DNA of 61,372 nucleotides, filler included, from Sphacelaria rigidula (GCA_964200075.2; 9 parts of 9 records of this genome joined end to end with filler, not necessarily neighbours in it), one strand, 5' to 3'. Counted from the whole stretch's first letter, positions 48,226 to 61,261 are shown. The notes: a model not told the origin generated them from the letters alone. Translations and numbers: made by a program.

Positions 48226-49628
48226 CCCTTGAGAATTTGGGTAAGGTTTGTCCAATCATACCACGCAACGGATGAAGTGTGTCCAATTATATCCATCGAC
48301 AATAATTAGCAAAACCACAATAAAAACATTCCATTCAAAAAACAGCAATGGGCTCCATGGTCCAACGTGGCACGTTTGTATATTAGTATTTGTGGATAAG
48401 GGAAGCACCGCTTTGACGGGCTACAGCATAGGGTGGCGAGTTTGCCAAGCCACACCGTACATACAGCATAGTATGGCTAAACCCAGCGAAACCCCGTCAC
48501 CGTATGTGGAAGGCACAGTGGGTTGTGCGGGCGGTACATGGCGGGCGTAATCGCAGGCGTCCGAACAGGCGATATACATGTACACGGGAGGGAGCCAACG
48601 GGCACCGCATACCGTAATCAGGCCAGATGAAAACACTACAGTCAGTAAATACAGTAGGTTACAGTATTGACTTGCGGCTACATTCCGTGCAAGATAAATA
48701 TGAGCATGTCGTGAAAAGTCGGCCACGAGAGTAGACGGCACGAGGCGATAGCGGTAGCCGGCATCATAAATATCATGCAGCATGAAGTATGTCTGTGCAA
48801 CGGTCGGGAACGATCAACCCGCGGTATAGATGTGGTGGGGCAACTGTGCCTTTCGCTACGCCGTTGTGTGATACTCAACCCGCAGTATGATGTTGTCGGC
48901 ACGTACTTGGCAGAGCGCAGTTCTGTGTATGCCTCGCGTTTTACAGAGATATTTTCAAAATATAATACAGACATGACACGAAGCAGTAAGGCATCACCCC
49001 TGGGGCGACGACACTGGGCAGACTACACCACAGTGACGGTGCATAACTGCAGGACACATGGCGTCTGCGTCGCCTTTACGCATTTTTTCGAACGGCGGGA
49101 TGGTGCTGTCGGAACGTGCATGAGCGCGATGTTGTGCATGACGTGAGTCTGGAGTCGAGATTATCCCAAACTGCTGTAAACACACCCAGTACTGTACAGG
49201 GCAGTATCGCAGCAACCTCAGCGGCACGGAAAGGTGACTGCCTGGAATTGTATTACACCGCCAGTTCATAAAGATGGCGAATGTATCATCGGCGTTGCCC
49301 TTGTTGCTATGACACTGCAAAGAGTATAAACTGCAGCGGGCAGGGCGTGCAGGTCAGGCGGGAAGCATGATTCACAGAGGCCTGCCGCGCCCTGGCCAGG
49401 GAAGGAGCCCATGAGTGTAGAAAAAAAACGCCGACGGGTCCTAGACCTCACCGCAGGAAGAAAATAGGAATCCTTCTCTTGTTCCACTTGTCACTCGTAC
49501 GGGTCTGAAAAATACGCATTGGGCCAAAGTTGTTGCGTCTAAGCTTATGAACCATCAACCATATCTTGCTCAAAAACCGTCAATTGCAAATGATCAATTT
49601 TCCATTGTGAGCTAGTTCCACAAGGGTT
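48226..49628 (+). mobile_element. Family E, longer version with ~1.1 kb extra interior
   Basis: 48226..48357 and 49467..49628 match the contiguous 30412..30725. Confidence 0.7.
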
Positions 49629-50766
49629 AACAAGGGTCGACGCGGTGCGGGAATGTTGATCCAACCCGCGACACACAAATGCCAGGCACGTACCAGGGAG
49701 AGAGTTGATTCCTCGAAACCACGGACTGGTTCCAAGGAAGTGAAGGGGTTGAGGTTATGATGGGGAGAAGAAGTACCTTCGCAACTGTACAGCAGTCCGA
49801 CACTGAAGCAAGCCTCCGAAAAGGGGGGTCCGTGACGGACATGTTCATCAATGTTTTGAACAATCGGAGAGAGGTAATTCGGGTCAATATTTTACATTTC
49901 AATTACATTCATGCGAGCAGGCTGTTCACGTTTGGAAAATTTCACGTGATGTTCTTGGCTCCCATGGTTAATAAGAGCACGCCCATGACAATAGAATAAG
50001 TTGTCAAAAAGTGCACTGCATACAGAATCGACTATTACGTCTATTGCAAAACACAATAGCTTCATACTGAATGCATAACACGTTTTGACAATGAAATACT
50101 GTTGTCCAGGGCGTGAATAAGAGTGGGTACTTGCTGATGAGGAATTTGGAACTACGTAAAAGCGGTAATCACGACCACAACCTGCACACACAGACCATTG
50201 CTGCTGCAACAGTCAGTCGTTGAAGTTGAGGACATCTGTAGTGTCTGTGCTGAAGCTTACTGAAAAGCATCCCCACGAGCAAGCGAACAGTGTGAGAAGC
50301 CAGAATATTTTTTGCGTTCTTTGCTGTAGCGCTAGTGGTGACAATGTTTCTCGGCCAAACAGAAGCCTTCAAAATTTTCTGAATTCATGGATGCGGATTA
50401 CCGACAGTTTTTACCCAACCTTACCATAAATTGAACCTCAGTACCCGACATTAGCTAGGGGACCCAACAAGAAAACAGAGTCGAAAACGGTTTGTATTAA
50501 ATAGAGTTATACCCCAGACCGTGGTATTTTAGTAATATGGGGTTTTGACATCGTCGGATTTCCACTGAATATATGCAGCAAAGAGACAGAAAATCTTGTG
50601 ACGACTTCCCTTATACCTGTCGAAGATATCCGATCATTCCCAAGCTCGGCAATTGAAGATTACTTATAAGCTTACCCGCTCTTTAGCAGCTTCCGGGGGT
50701 CTTCTCACCGGGTTCCCCGGAAGCCGGTACATGACGCCCCCCCCCTTCCCCCCCTTAAAAAAAAAT

Positions 50767-50812
50767 CAATGGTCTGATGGCTATGGCATGCATGATCATG
50801 AGTACACCCCCC
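50767..50812 (+). mobile_element. Family A terminal fragment
   Basis: tcaatggtctgatggctatggcatgcatgatcatgagtacacccccc. Confidence 0.8.
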
Positions 50813-50989
50813 TAAATGCGATCTTTACTCCTCCCGAGTTGGTCCAAGAAACGTTTGTGCAGAGTCACCTTGCGTGACTCGAAATATTGACGCCGAACGG
50901 TCGATGCAAGCTTGAAAGCACAGGAAAACGGTCAGTTAGACGCTAAAAGTAGTTTTACACTTGACCCCACATTAGGGCCACTTTCTCTC

Positions 50990-51900
50990 GCGGATTTGTT
51001 TTAGTTTGACCCTGAAACACTGCACACGTGCACTATACGATATCACGAAGCCTTCTTCTTTTCCCCCATTCACTAAACATCTGGAGTCCCACGAGACCAT
51101 ATATACCGAAAATGCGCACTTCACACACATGTGGTCTGAAGGCCATGCTGAAAGGGACCAGCCCCGCGGTGACGACCGACCACTGGACATCTACTTCCAA
51201 CGTGAGCATTGGGCACCCACGGCATGGCAAATGAGTATGCAGAGGTGACTGCCAATGATGGAGACCTAATGTGAACCGGGGTGAGTTTTTTTTTTCAATT
51301 TTTTGTCTCATGCATGAAGGTTTTATTGAGCGACCTTCAATTCAACATGCAAGTATATGCCACACATGAGACACCCACGTGAGTAGATACGTGAAAGACC
51401 AAAACATACATGCGGCTCATTTCTTGTTCGTTTAATTCGTCTCAAGGTTCCATCTGCTTGTTCATCTTTTTCGTCCCGCCGAAATCTCGCACGTGTCTTT
51501 TGCCTCATCGACAGTCCACTGGATCCTGGCCACCAGCACGAAGTGGACCATGAGGGCCAGCACCACCACGTGCGACGCGTATGTCGGAACGCACGCAGGC
51601 GAACGTGTGGGCGCGAGCGCGATGGTCATGCTGGAGAAACCTGACATCGACCAGTCCACGTCCTGCGTCACATCCCATATGGCGGCTAACGTGGAGAACG
51701 CTATCAAAAAGCTCACGTCACTCGGTTGGATTGGATGTGGGTGCCATAAAAGTGAGCGTACCACAAATTCGTGTACCAGCCCACGCTCAAGAAGTGCCTT
51801 GCAATCTTCTCCATGGTCTCGGAGCACCCTCACGAGTGTACGCTTTCGCAGGGGGCGTTCGTTCGAACAGGCGCAGATGGTAACTTTGGCTACGAACATG
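50990..51900 (+). mobile_element. Degenerate hAT transposase
   Basis: AVTTDHWTSTSN (first catalytic D, DxWT/S motif), HWI...W, GTHAGE (HTGE), VTSHMAANV (TDNAAN equivalent, D lost) and IGCGCH (CxxH). Probable intron ~51201..51514. Confidence 0.8.
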
Positions 51901-51967
51901 TGTTGCTTGGCTCTCTGCGTCGCATTGGGTGTGCTTTGTCAAAGGCGGTTGTACCGTCACGGAAATA

Positions 51968-52560
51968 TACATGTACTTGTATCATTTCACATTTTTCACC
52001 ACTTTTGCTGAGTTTTCTCCGGCAAGGCAATTGTTTCCAGCGCTTCCTTTTCAGCGCACTGAGCTCAGCGGTACATTACCTTTTAGGTTTGGGTGTCAGC
52101 TGATACCTGTGGCGCGTGTACTGGCCACCGAAAGTCGCTCAAACTGGCCCTTTTACGCGGAAAGTCGAACCCGAACCACAAAAACCTTTTCAAGATCATG
52201 GAAAACTTGAAACAGGAATCCGAACCACAGAAGCCTATGGAAGATCATGAAGAACTTTCAACATATATAATCTTTGTTGACGCATTTTTCCCCCGTGCTT
52301 CTCCTTGTCGCGTTCTCGTTCACTTGGGAGCACGAACACACCAGTTATACCTCCAATGCCCCGACAACATGAGAGCAAAGCAGTTGAAAACGATTGAACA
52401 TTGCCTTGACCTTATCAGCAAACACAAAGCCGTGCAATGGGCCGTTGACGAGTTGAACAAGGCACAGCAGCATGGCAGTACAGGAATGTTTTGCCGCAAA
52501 AAACAATCACACTGTTCATAATAAAGGCCCGGTGATGGCCCGGTGATGTGGAGGCCACAG
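51968..52560 (+). repeat. Dispersed repeat family D
   Basis: Collinear with 56704..57290 and reverse 20551..21030. Confidence 0.85.
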
Positions 52561-53030
52561 CGACGTGCAATCGTTTCAGATAAGAACCACCCCTCTGGGG
52601 AATATATGGCTAGGTGGCTAGGTAGCTAGGCGACATTATCTGGCAACACCATAGACTATAGTCTTTGTTTTCGAAACAAGACCGTCCAGTTCAAGAAGTC
52701 CGCAACCATGGGTTTAGAGGGCTCGGGGGTTTCTCCCCGAACACAAGAATGATTTCGTGCACGTGCACTAACGACTATCGCAAGCGAGCGGAATATATGG
52801 CTATGTAGCTCGCTAGCTAGGCGACATTATCTGGCAACACCACACACTTCCTTCGGTCGTACGATATCAGTGTTGTCTCTCTCAGGTGAGGCTGGAAAAA
52901 TGCAGTACCCTACAAGCGCGGACAGTAACACCCAAAGCACGTAGTACGTAAAGTTGGAACAGGAAAGGCCCGGTGAAACGTTCGGCCGGTGAAAAAAAAA
53001 CTAACTCTGATGTGCCGAGAAAAACAGTAC

Positions 53031-53337
53031 ACCTAAAAAAATGTTGTGCACAATGGTTGGTACTCGATTCTACTTGAATTCAGACTGAAAAAAGTTCTGA
53101 GAAAAGGTACGTCTTGAAGCAGGTGAGCAGTAGACCCAGCTATCCAAAACGTGTTTTCGTCCATAATCGGCGTCTGGGCAACGATTTGACGTATGCCAAC
53201 GCACACGTTGCCTAGGGAATGCCTTGCACCTCCCTTGCTCGAGGGTTCTCGTATCCCTTGGGTCGGGTTTAGGGTTAGCGTTAGGGTTGACGGCACCTCC
53301 ACAGTACCAATCATTGTGTACGAACATCTCTTCAGGT
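53031..53337 (+). mobile_element. MITE-like element (family T) with a telomere-like tract
   Basis: TIRs acctaaaaaaatgttgtgcacaatggttggtact / agtaccaatcattgtgtacgaacatctcttcaggt. Internal gggtttagggttagcgttagggtt. Confidence 0.78.
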
Positions 53338-54451
53338 CCCCTTGAGAAAAAGCGAAGCACTGAAAGAACACGTTCGTGAGCTTCCCAGTGAGAAAACACA
53401 AGCCAGGAATGTTCCACGCATTTTTAACAGCCAGCCAAAGCCACTCTTTTGTCCAGAGAAATGTCAACTCTCAGAGCTCTTCTTTTAGCAAAGGGCGCTA
53501 TCCCCTCTTCCACAATCCCCTTTTGACAGAGGATTGGCCCCATTACGACCAATGTTGAGTCCTATCGTGAAGCAGTTTTGTACGGATTGGACCCCAGATC
53601 TGAACGCAGGTTCAAAGATGCGGCGGGTCTGGAAGTGGTCGTTAGTCCAAGGCCTGTGTAGTGCGGCAGACAAGACGCACCAAGGCAACACAACACCTAC
53701 ACATCCGGCCCCGAAAAAACACGCACAGATGCTCACCACTTACGCGCATAAGTTTCCCCGCTTGCCCTTGCTAATCTACAAACGGCAGTCTTGTTTGACG
53801 GAAATCCGTTTTGTATCGGACGAATGGCGGCCGCGTGCGTGTCAAAAACAACCGAAAACGTGTCGTCACTGACCGTTTTGAAAACGTGTGCGGTGCGCGC
53901 GTCTCACACCAACCATAATTTCTCGCTGATCTCTGAACAGATTTGAGCAAGATGTTCACAGCTGATGAGCAGCTATGCATATGCCACACGTGTAGAAATC
54001 ATTGCCGCCTAACAACTGTACGAACTTTACATCCATGTTACTCAAGTTGCTCAGCCTTATCCGGAGACACCACCCGAAAACACATGTGATGTTTGGTACA
54101 GCCACGATCACTACTGTACATCAAGATACAGCATGCTCTCTTGACCATATATTTTCGACGTGTCACCCCCGGGAGGCCCGTACCAACCTCCCAAAGGGGA
54201 ATTTTGTATGCTGTACATCTCCTTCGGCAAGGTGGACGATTTACGGTTCCTTGTTTACATTATTATATTGGTGGAATATGCTCCAAAAAATATTTAGAGT
54301 CTGTGGTATCATGAGGCTCAGCATCTTTGTCAGCATCCAGCCATAGACATGAAACGCTTGTTCTCGCAAAACGTTCCTTCTCGTGTTACGACATAGTCCA
54401 GCCGATTCTTCCCCCCCCACCCCCTCCCGGCACCGCGGAAAAGAGTCGAAT

Positions 54452-54543
54452 ACGGAGATACCCATGAGGCAGTGTATGAGCCGTGGTTTTCTCTGGAAGT
54501 GGCGATACCGGAAAATAAAGCAACTCATCGGAGGCTGTCATCC
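54452..54543 (+). mobile_element. Family A internal fragment at contig end
   Basis: gaggcagtgtatgagccgtgg..ctctggaagtggcgatacc..aaaataaagcaactcat..aggctgtcatcc matches 55134..55215. Confidence 0.8.
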
Positions 54544-54643
54544 NNNNNNNNNNNNNNNNNNNNNNNNNNNNNNNNNNNNNNNNNNNNTTAATTAATTAAN
54601 NNNNNNNNNNNNNNNNNNNNNNNNNNNNNNNNNNNNNNNNNNN

Positions 54644-55427
54644 CTTGGTGGTTCGAGTGCGAGCCTGGTCCGGCGAAAACCCGGCGTGCTCCGTCCCGGC
54701 TGTGTAGGGATGCGAGGTCAATGGTCTGATGACTATGGCATGCATGATCATGAGTACACCCAGCCTTGTCCGGCGACAACCCGGCGTGCTCCGTCCCGGC
54801 TTTGTATGGGCGGACCCTCGATGGGGTTGGCGTCGGATGGCGATGACGCTACAAAACGTACGCCCCCCCCAGCCTGGTCCACGTGCTCCGCCCCAGCTTC
54901 GTAGGGGCGGACTCCCGACGGGGTTGGCGTCGGTTGGCGACGACGCCATAAAACTCGCCACTCACTGCGTGAGCTAGACAACCAGGTTACCGTTCGGTTT
55001 TGGGCGCTTGCGTTTTTTTTGCGGTAACCATGATGGTAGTCGAGCTAGATCATGTTGTGCGGCGTGGGAGCACCTCAGCTCTGCACAATGGGGATGATCG
55101 CACTACGTAGTGTTTCAATGGTGAGACACCCTTGAGGCAGTGTATGTATAAGCCGTGGCTGCCTCTGGAAGCGGCAATACCAGAAAATAAAGCAACTCAT
55201 TGTAGGCTGTCATCCAAATCCAAGATAATCAGTAGGTTTCGGGCCGAACAATTTTAGCAGGATGCAGCTCACCCTTCATGCGACTTGCCGAATACATCAC
55301 GGCGCTTCGTGCTTGGTGACTGAGTGCGAGCCTGGTCCGATGACAACCCGGTGTGCTCCGTGCTGGCTTTGTAGGGGTGCGAGGCCAATGATATCATGAC
55401 TACTGCGTGCAATGAGGACCGACGCCC
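54644..55427 (+). mobile_element. Head-to-tail array of family A units
   Basis: End of one copy (to 54760), a 109-bp short unit (54762..54870) and a full copy (54871..55427). R (agcctggtcc...gtaggg) occurs four times. Confidence 0.88.
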
Positions 55428-55469
55428 GGATGGGTAGAATGACTCGTTTATAGAGTCGAACTGGGGGAC

Positions 55470-55610
55470 ATTGTAGGAGGTTTGCTCGGTGAGGGATATC
55501 CTCGTCCCGAGTCCAAGACTACCTTGATGGGGGGCACTCCCACCTTGGTGCCTACCCGTACATCCGTTAGGAATTTCTGAACTTCAGGTTGGACATGCCC
55601 GATGGGTGGA
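55470..55610 (-). mobile_element. Ty3/Gypsy-type aspartic protease scrap
   Basis: PPIKVVLDSG motif (retropepsin DSG active site), isolated and frameshifted afterwards. Confidence 0.45.
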
Positions 55611-56703
55611 TCGCCTCGGATGCGCTGCACGAAACAAGAGATAGCGAAGTGCATGGTGAAAGGTTCCTCCCTCGTCTCCTGGGGACGAAAAAAAAACTAC
55701 TGCATGCAAGATCATGAGTACATGCTCCCTGTAGGGTGCAGTGCAGTTCCCACAAAACTCCAAAATACATGCGCCGAGTTGGAGTTTTTGTAAAGACTAC
55801 ATCGGTTTGACCTTTCTGACTCGCGGTCGACAAGCATTTAATTCTCACAAACCGTCTAAACCTTTGCTCCGACTTGAATGACATACTTGCAAGACGTGAA
55901 CCAAGTTCAATTTCAAACGTCTGGCCAGGTCTGGCAGCCGAGGAGAGTTTGGGTCCAGAGTACCTGGCCCCCCGCCCCCCGCCCCCCGCCCCCCGTCCAG
56001 ACAATTTGGGCTCAAGAGATTAGTTATGGTTGTGGTGCCGGACCTGAAATGAATATGCCTCCTCCTGCATAGTGCTGAAATACACTTCGCTATTGGTGTG
56101 GCGTGTGCACACCTGCTTCTGGTAAAGGGAAAAAAAAGAGTGACCGCGGGTGAGATAAGCCTAATTTTGATCAAAAGTGACCATGGGCCAGAAAACATTG
56201 GTCTTTGTGATGCTGACGTTTCCACGTCGCACCTGTCCTCCATTGCGTACATGTTGCCTGTACAAGACTCGACTCATTCGCCATTTCGAGAAACGCGCTC
56301 CGCAACCGACACGGCGCGCAGTGACAACACACCATTCAAGTCATACGTACATAGTATAAAAGACACAGGCCTGCGGACAGCTGGTGTGACTCATCGTACC
56401 CGGATGGTGTGTGTGTGTGTGTAGGTTGTATCTCCTCACTCGGTGAAAGGATACGGAGTGTGCGGAGCCGCGACGTGGACTTGAACGAGGCGGACTGTGC
56501 GAGGCAGGGCTTGGATTGCAACTAAGAGTGCCCGGGTAGGGGGCTCCGACAGGGAGCCTCCAGAATGGGAGAATGACGATCCCAGACTGGGGATTGGAGG
56601 ATGACAGTCCCAGGGTGACAGGCCCGGGAAGACGGTCTGGGTTGACTAGCCCCGGGTTATTAGTAAGCGGATCGGGTCATAAAGAGGTCATAATAATATA
56701 TTT

Positions 56704-57290
56704 GTACATGTATCTTTTCACATTTTTTACCACTTTTGCCGAGTTTCTCTCGTGGCAAGGCATTTTCCCCCACGCTTTCTTTTGCAGCGCACTGAGAAGG
56801 CTTAGCAGTACATTACCGCTCAGGTTTGGGCGTAATCTGATACCTGTGGCGCGTGTTCTGGCCCCTGAAAGTCGCTCAAACTAGCCCTTTTTCGCGGGGT
56901 GTCGATACCGAATCACAAAAGTCTCTTCAAGATCATGGAAAACTTGAAACAGGAACCCGAACCACAAAAGCCTGTTGAAGATAATGAAAAACTTGAAACA
57001 GGATTACTTTTGGCGGGGTATTGTCTCCCCGTGTTTCTCTTTGTCGCGTTCTCGTTCATTTGAGAGCACGAACACACCGCTTATGCCGCCAATGTCACCA
57101 GAACATGAGAGCAAAGCAGTTGAAAATAATTGAACATTGCCTTGGCCGTAGTCAGCAGCAAATACAAGGCCGTGCAATGAGCCGTTGGCGAGTTGAACAG
57201 GGCACAGCAGCACGGCAGCACAGGAGTGTTAGGCCGCGAAAAACAATCACCCTGTTTAAAAAAAAGGCCCGGTGATGTGGAAGCCACAGT
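56704..57290 (+). repeat. Dispersed repeat family D
   Basis: See the other two copies. Downstream 57480..57620 also matches 54070..54210. Confidence 0.85.
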
Positions 57291-58152
57291 GGTGTACAAA
57301 GAACATGCCAAGAAGGTCCCACGCATTCCAATTTTTCAGGAAGTGCCTCCCGTTGTCATGTCTCTGTGGCACGAGAGCTACTTCGCACCCTGGCACCTCG
57401 GGTATACCACATATATCCTACGCCGGCGGTTCCGCCGTCGGCCTCTGTCCGAATCCCCATATTTTCGAACGACATCCGAGAACACATGCGATGTTCTGTA
57501 CAGCCACGATCACTACTGTACGTTTAGATATAACGGTAGCTTCTCTTAACCATATATTTTCGACTTGCGTCACCCCCGGGCGGCCCGCACAACCTCCCGA
57601 AGGGGAACCTTGTATATAGGTACAATGTTTTTCTTGAGCGACCGTTTCCATTTTTATTCACCTCGGGTACACCCATCTTGCGACCAATACTGGGTCCGTC
57701 GGGGATCAGTCAATGTGCGACAATCAATCAATCAATGCATCAACCAATCACGCATGCATGAAAACACGCAAAAAAAACGTTTCCAAAAAAAGTGTTGGGA
57801 GGGGGGTCAACTACAATGGATTCAATCCTGAACCGAACTCGGTTACTCAAACTAATGATACTCCGGATTAGTTTCCATTCGTACACATCATGAACGTAAA
57901 GCCGCTGCTGTTCAATGTGTATCGAGGGATGCAGCAATACAACAGCTTGCCATGTTATCTTCTCACCATCGATGCGCTACTGAAGCAGGGCATCAAACCT
58001 TGGGGCATGGCGTAGACTCTGACCGCCATGCTGCTGTAGTTGATGACGGAGGTCAAAATTTCACAGCGGAGTCCCCCCCGGATATTTGAACTGGAGCAGC
58101 CCATCAAGTCTTGGGGCACGGCGTGGACTCTGACTACAGCAGGGTGGGCGAC

Positions 58153-58472
58153 GGCCCAGCGACATGAAAACGCAGGAAAGTAGGCAAAAGGGCCGATGGG
58201 ATTTTTTCTCAACTTTTAGACCGCGAGGGTAGTCCATCTGGTCTACGTAGGAATTTTTCAAGTGAAAATGATGCCGATTCGACAGATGATCCACTCTTCG
58301 CTATCCAAGGGTAGCCCTTTGACCGCGAGGATAGGTCACGTCCTGAATCGGCATCAACTTCACTTGAAAAATTCCTACGTGGACCAGATGGACTACCCGC
58401 ATCGCGGTCTAAGGGTTAACAATGCCATCTGTATGTTGTGCCGTTTTTTCTGCGTTTTCATGCCGCTGGGCC
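58153..58472. repeat. 320-bp imperfect palindrome (fold-back)
   Basis: gggtagtccatctggtctacgtaggaatttttcaagtgaa pairs with ttcacttgaaaaattcctacgtggaccagatggactaccc. One arm recurs at ~42316..42420. Confidence 0.88.
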
Positions 58473-58720
58473 ACAGCTCCCATCCTCAAAACCCACAACC
58501 CCTAAACACGCAGCAACGGTAAGCGCCAGCTCCTTTGCATAACGTACCAACACATCTACTATAGCGGTACATCAAGTCTTGGGGTCGTGGACCGTTACCC
58601 CCATGCTGCTGAGGTTTTGTGACGGGGATCAAGGTTGCACATCGTCTGTGCCCAGAAACGTCTTCGACACCCCTATGAAGAGGGGACTCAGGCCGTGTCT
58701 TATCAGTAACTTTTGGTGTC

Positions 58721-58842
58721 GAAAACGTGCGGTTGAATCGGATTTTCTCGTACCTGATGTGTCGACGGCATTTATGTCCTCTGAAAATATTCATGCTAGG
58801 GACGTATCAGATACGAGCGAATTCGATTGAACCGCATGTTTT
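58721..58842. mobile_element. Small palindromic MITE-like element
   Basis: aaaacgtgcggttgaatcggattttctcgtacctgat / atcagatacgagcgaattcgattgaaccgcatgtttt. Same family as 13663..13795. Confidence 0.75.
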
Positions 58843-59399
58843 TGAAAAAACCCGGCCTGCGGCCATATTTTATGGGGATATTTTTCTCGGTTGAAACGTT
58901 TTGCAATCACCCGATCGACCCTCATGGCAATATTACCGTGTTTCCATGCCGCTGCTTCATAGTATACATCCTCACAGCCTACAAATCTCCACATATAGTG
59001 TCTACTGGAGCCGACTCTCCTGCATAACGTACCGACACAACGCACCAAATCTTGGGGGATGGCGTGGACCATAGCCATCATACTGAAAACACGAGAACTT
59101 GGCTACGGCACAGCGGCATAAACGCGCGAAAAAATTCGTCATATGGGCCCAATGGATATGTGCGCAACAATCCAATCGTGGAGAAAACTCCAAGACCCTT
59201 GAAAAGATTGTCTACGGCCGTTTCTTATACAGTTTGTTTTTGCTGCCGAAAATGGCCCTTTTTCGATCCAGCTTTTTCCGGTTGCGCTCTTGCTTTTCCG
59301 TTTCTTATGCACAAATCGGAAACGAAGAGTTTTGCACGTGTACGACAGCACCCAAAGAAGTCGCAACGGGGGCACAGTCACCACGTGACTTTTTTAACA

Positions 59400-59945
59400 G
59401 TGTATACAATAGACAGCACTTGGTTCCCACGCCACTTCTGTACAGACCGGAACACAGCAGCAGTACAACAGCTCAGGCGACCTCCGGCTCAAACCAAACT
59501 GTGTTTGTCGAGTTCAAATGCACCACACTACAGTGGCAAGTAGCAAAGAAATGATGGGCCTGGCCCGAAGCGCCTTCGTCGTTTGACAGCAGACACAACA
59601 GCCAAAACGCCATGGCGTTTTCAACAGTGTGTAGACAGCACTGCGCGTCGACTACACCTTTTATGGCGATCGGGACACAACAACAGTACAGCAGCTCAGG
59701 CAATACCCAGCACAGATCAACCCTTCTCCGCCGGGTTCAGACGCAGCACACTGCGGTGTCAGCTACGGCACAAAAGTGATGGATCTGGGCATGAAGCGTC
59801 TTGTTCATTGGTAAAGACACCATATCCAACGAGCATACCATGGCATCTCAAACTTTGACGAGACAGCACTGCGTGCCGACTACAATTATTCTTGTACTGA
59901 GCGGAACGCGACGCGACAATACTAGAGCAGCTCAGGCGAATCCTA
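59400..59945 (+). repeat. Degenerate tandem repeat, ~225-235-bp period, three units
   Basis: agacagcact near 59411, 59633 and 59861; cagctcaggc near 59469, 59692 and 59928. Confidence 0.7.
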
Positions 59946-61261
59946 GCGGAGACCAAGCCACCTTCGCAAGGTCTGAACACACCACAGGACAGTGACAGCT
60001 ACAGCACACGAAAGGGCATGGGTGTGATTGTGCTGCAGTGCAGTAAAACATTACATGTTCTATAGTTTAGTTGCGAGCTCACAAGCCCCGCTAGCGCAAG
60101 CACGCATTTGAGGGAGTTGTGTTTTGATTGATTTGATTGATTGCGGCACTTTAAATGACCCCCCAGGAGTCCAGCCGTGGTCCCATGATAGACGTACCCG
60201 AGAAAAACGAAACTGAAACACGTTCCAAAGAAAAGAAGGAACATGGGGGAGGAAGTCGAACAGAACGACATAGCAGACTGAGTCGTACCAAATCAAAGTA
60301 AATAAAAAGTCAACACAAGCAAAGCACAGAAAGAAATGGTGTGCGTGTGTGTTTGTGCGATACCGTAGAGATGGAGCAGAAACATAGGTGCAGGACATCT
60401 TCTATATAAAAAATCAACAAGGCCGGTGCGCCGAAAATCTCGCAATTTTTTGGTAGGATCCCAATCGAAAATTTGTTGTCGGAAATTCAACATGAAAAAT
60501 GGGGGATTTTCAACTGCATGAGGAATTGTTTTCTGCCCGATATCAACTGCATAACAAACGGCCGAAGCCCACTTCTTACTCGAGGAGGATATAGATTCTT
60601 CCCTCGATTTGATTATTTTTCAAAAGTCGCATTATAATGGCTCAAACTAGGGCTTCAGATAGTTGCTGTGCCGTTGCGGCATCGCATACTTTTAAAATGA
60701 AAAAGAGCTACAGCGAACATTTTGAATGTTGCATGTATGTGCGGCTTGGCGTCCACGACAAATTCGCGGCGCATACATGTTCGCCGCAGGCGAAAACAGG
60801 TACATGCGCGGCATGAACCAAGTCGCCGAAGGCGAAACAATTGGGTCCATTTTTCTCGCCGGCAGATTGGGTGAGAAATACGAGAAGAGGGTTCAAGATT
60901 ATCAGAAACAGCACTAAATGACGATGGAACACTACTAACGAGAGAAACGGATTGAGGAGCTAGAACAGCGCATGAAGCAGCGTCGAGAGCAGAGGGCAAA
61001 CACAAGATTCACCTACTCAGACATACCGTTTAATTCGAGTGACTTGATACACTGTGGTGGACAGCTGGTACAGCTACATTCTTGTTCTTCAAGGCATTTC
61101 CCGATAAAAGTGGTGCTTGCTATCCCCAAACGTTCGCCTCCGGCGGCCCGCCAGGGTCCCTCGCGGGGAGACATTTCGGCTGCACACGCCTGCCAGGGTA
61201 AGGCCATGTTTTAATGAGATAAGAAAAGTGGAAACCCGCCGTGAGACTAAGAGTGGTTCCA

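Noticed and set aside
49700..50430. Possible exons (..MFINVLNNRRE|gtaatt; VEDICSVCAEAY)
   Set aside because: In-frame stops near the candidate acceptors and no recognisable product.
54660..54790. Hammerhead or HDV ribozyme in family A (CTGATGA at ~54726, CGAAA at ~54674; CCTCGC on the other strand)
   Set aside because: Stems I and II cannot be formed around the hammerhead core, CTGATGA is not kept in family B or in several A copies, and no HDV P1/P3 pairing was found.
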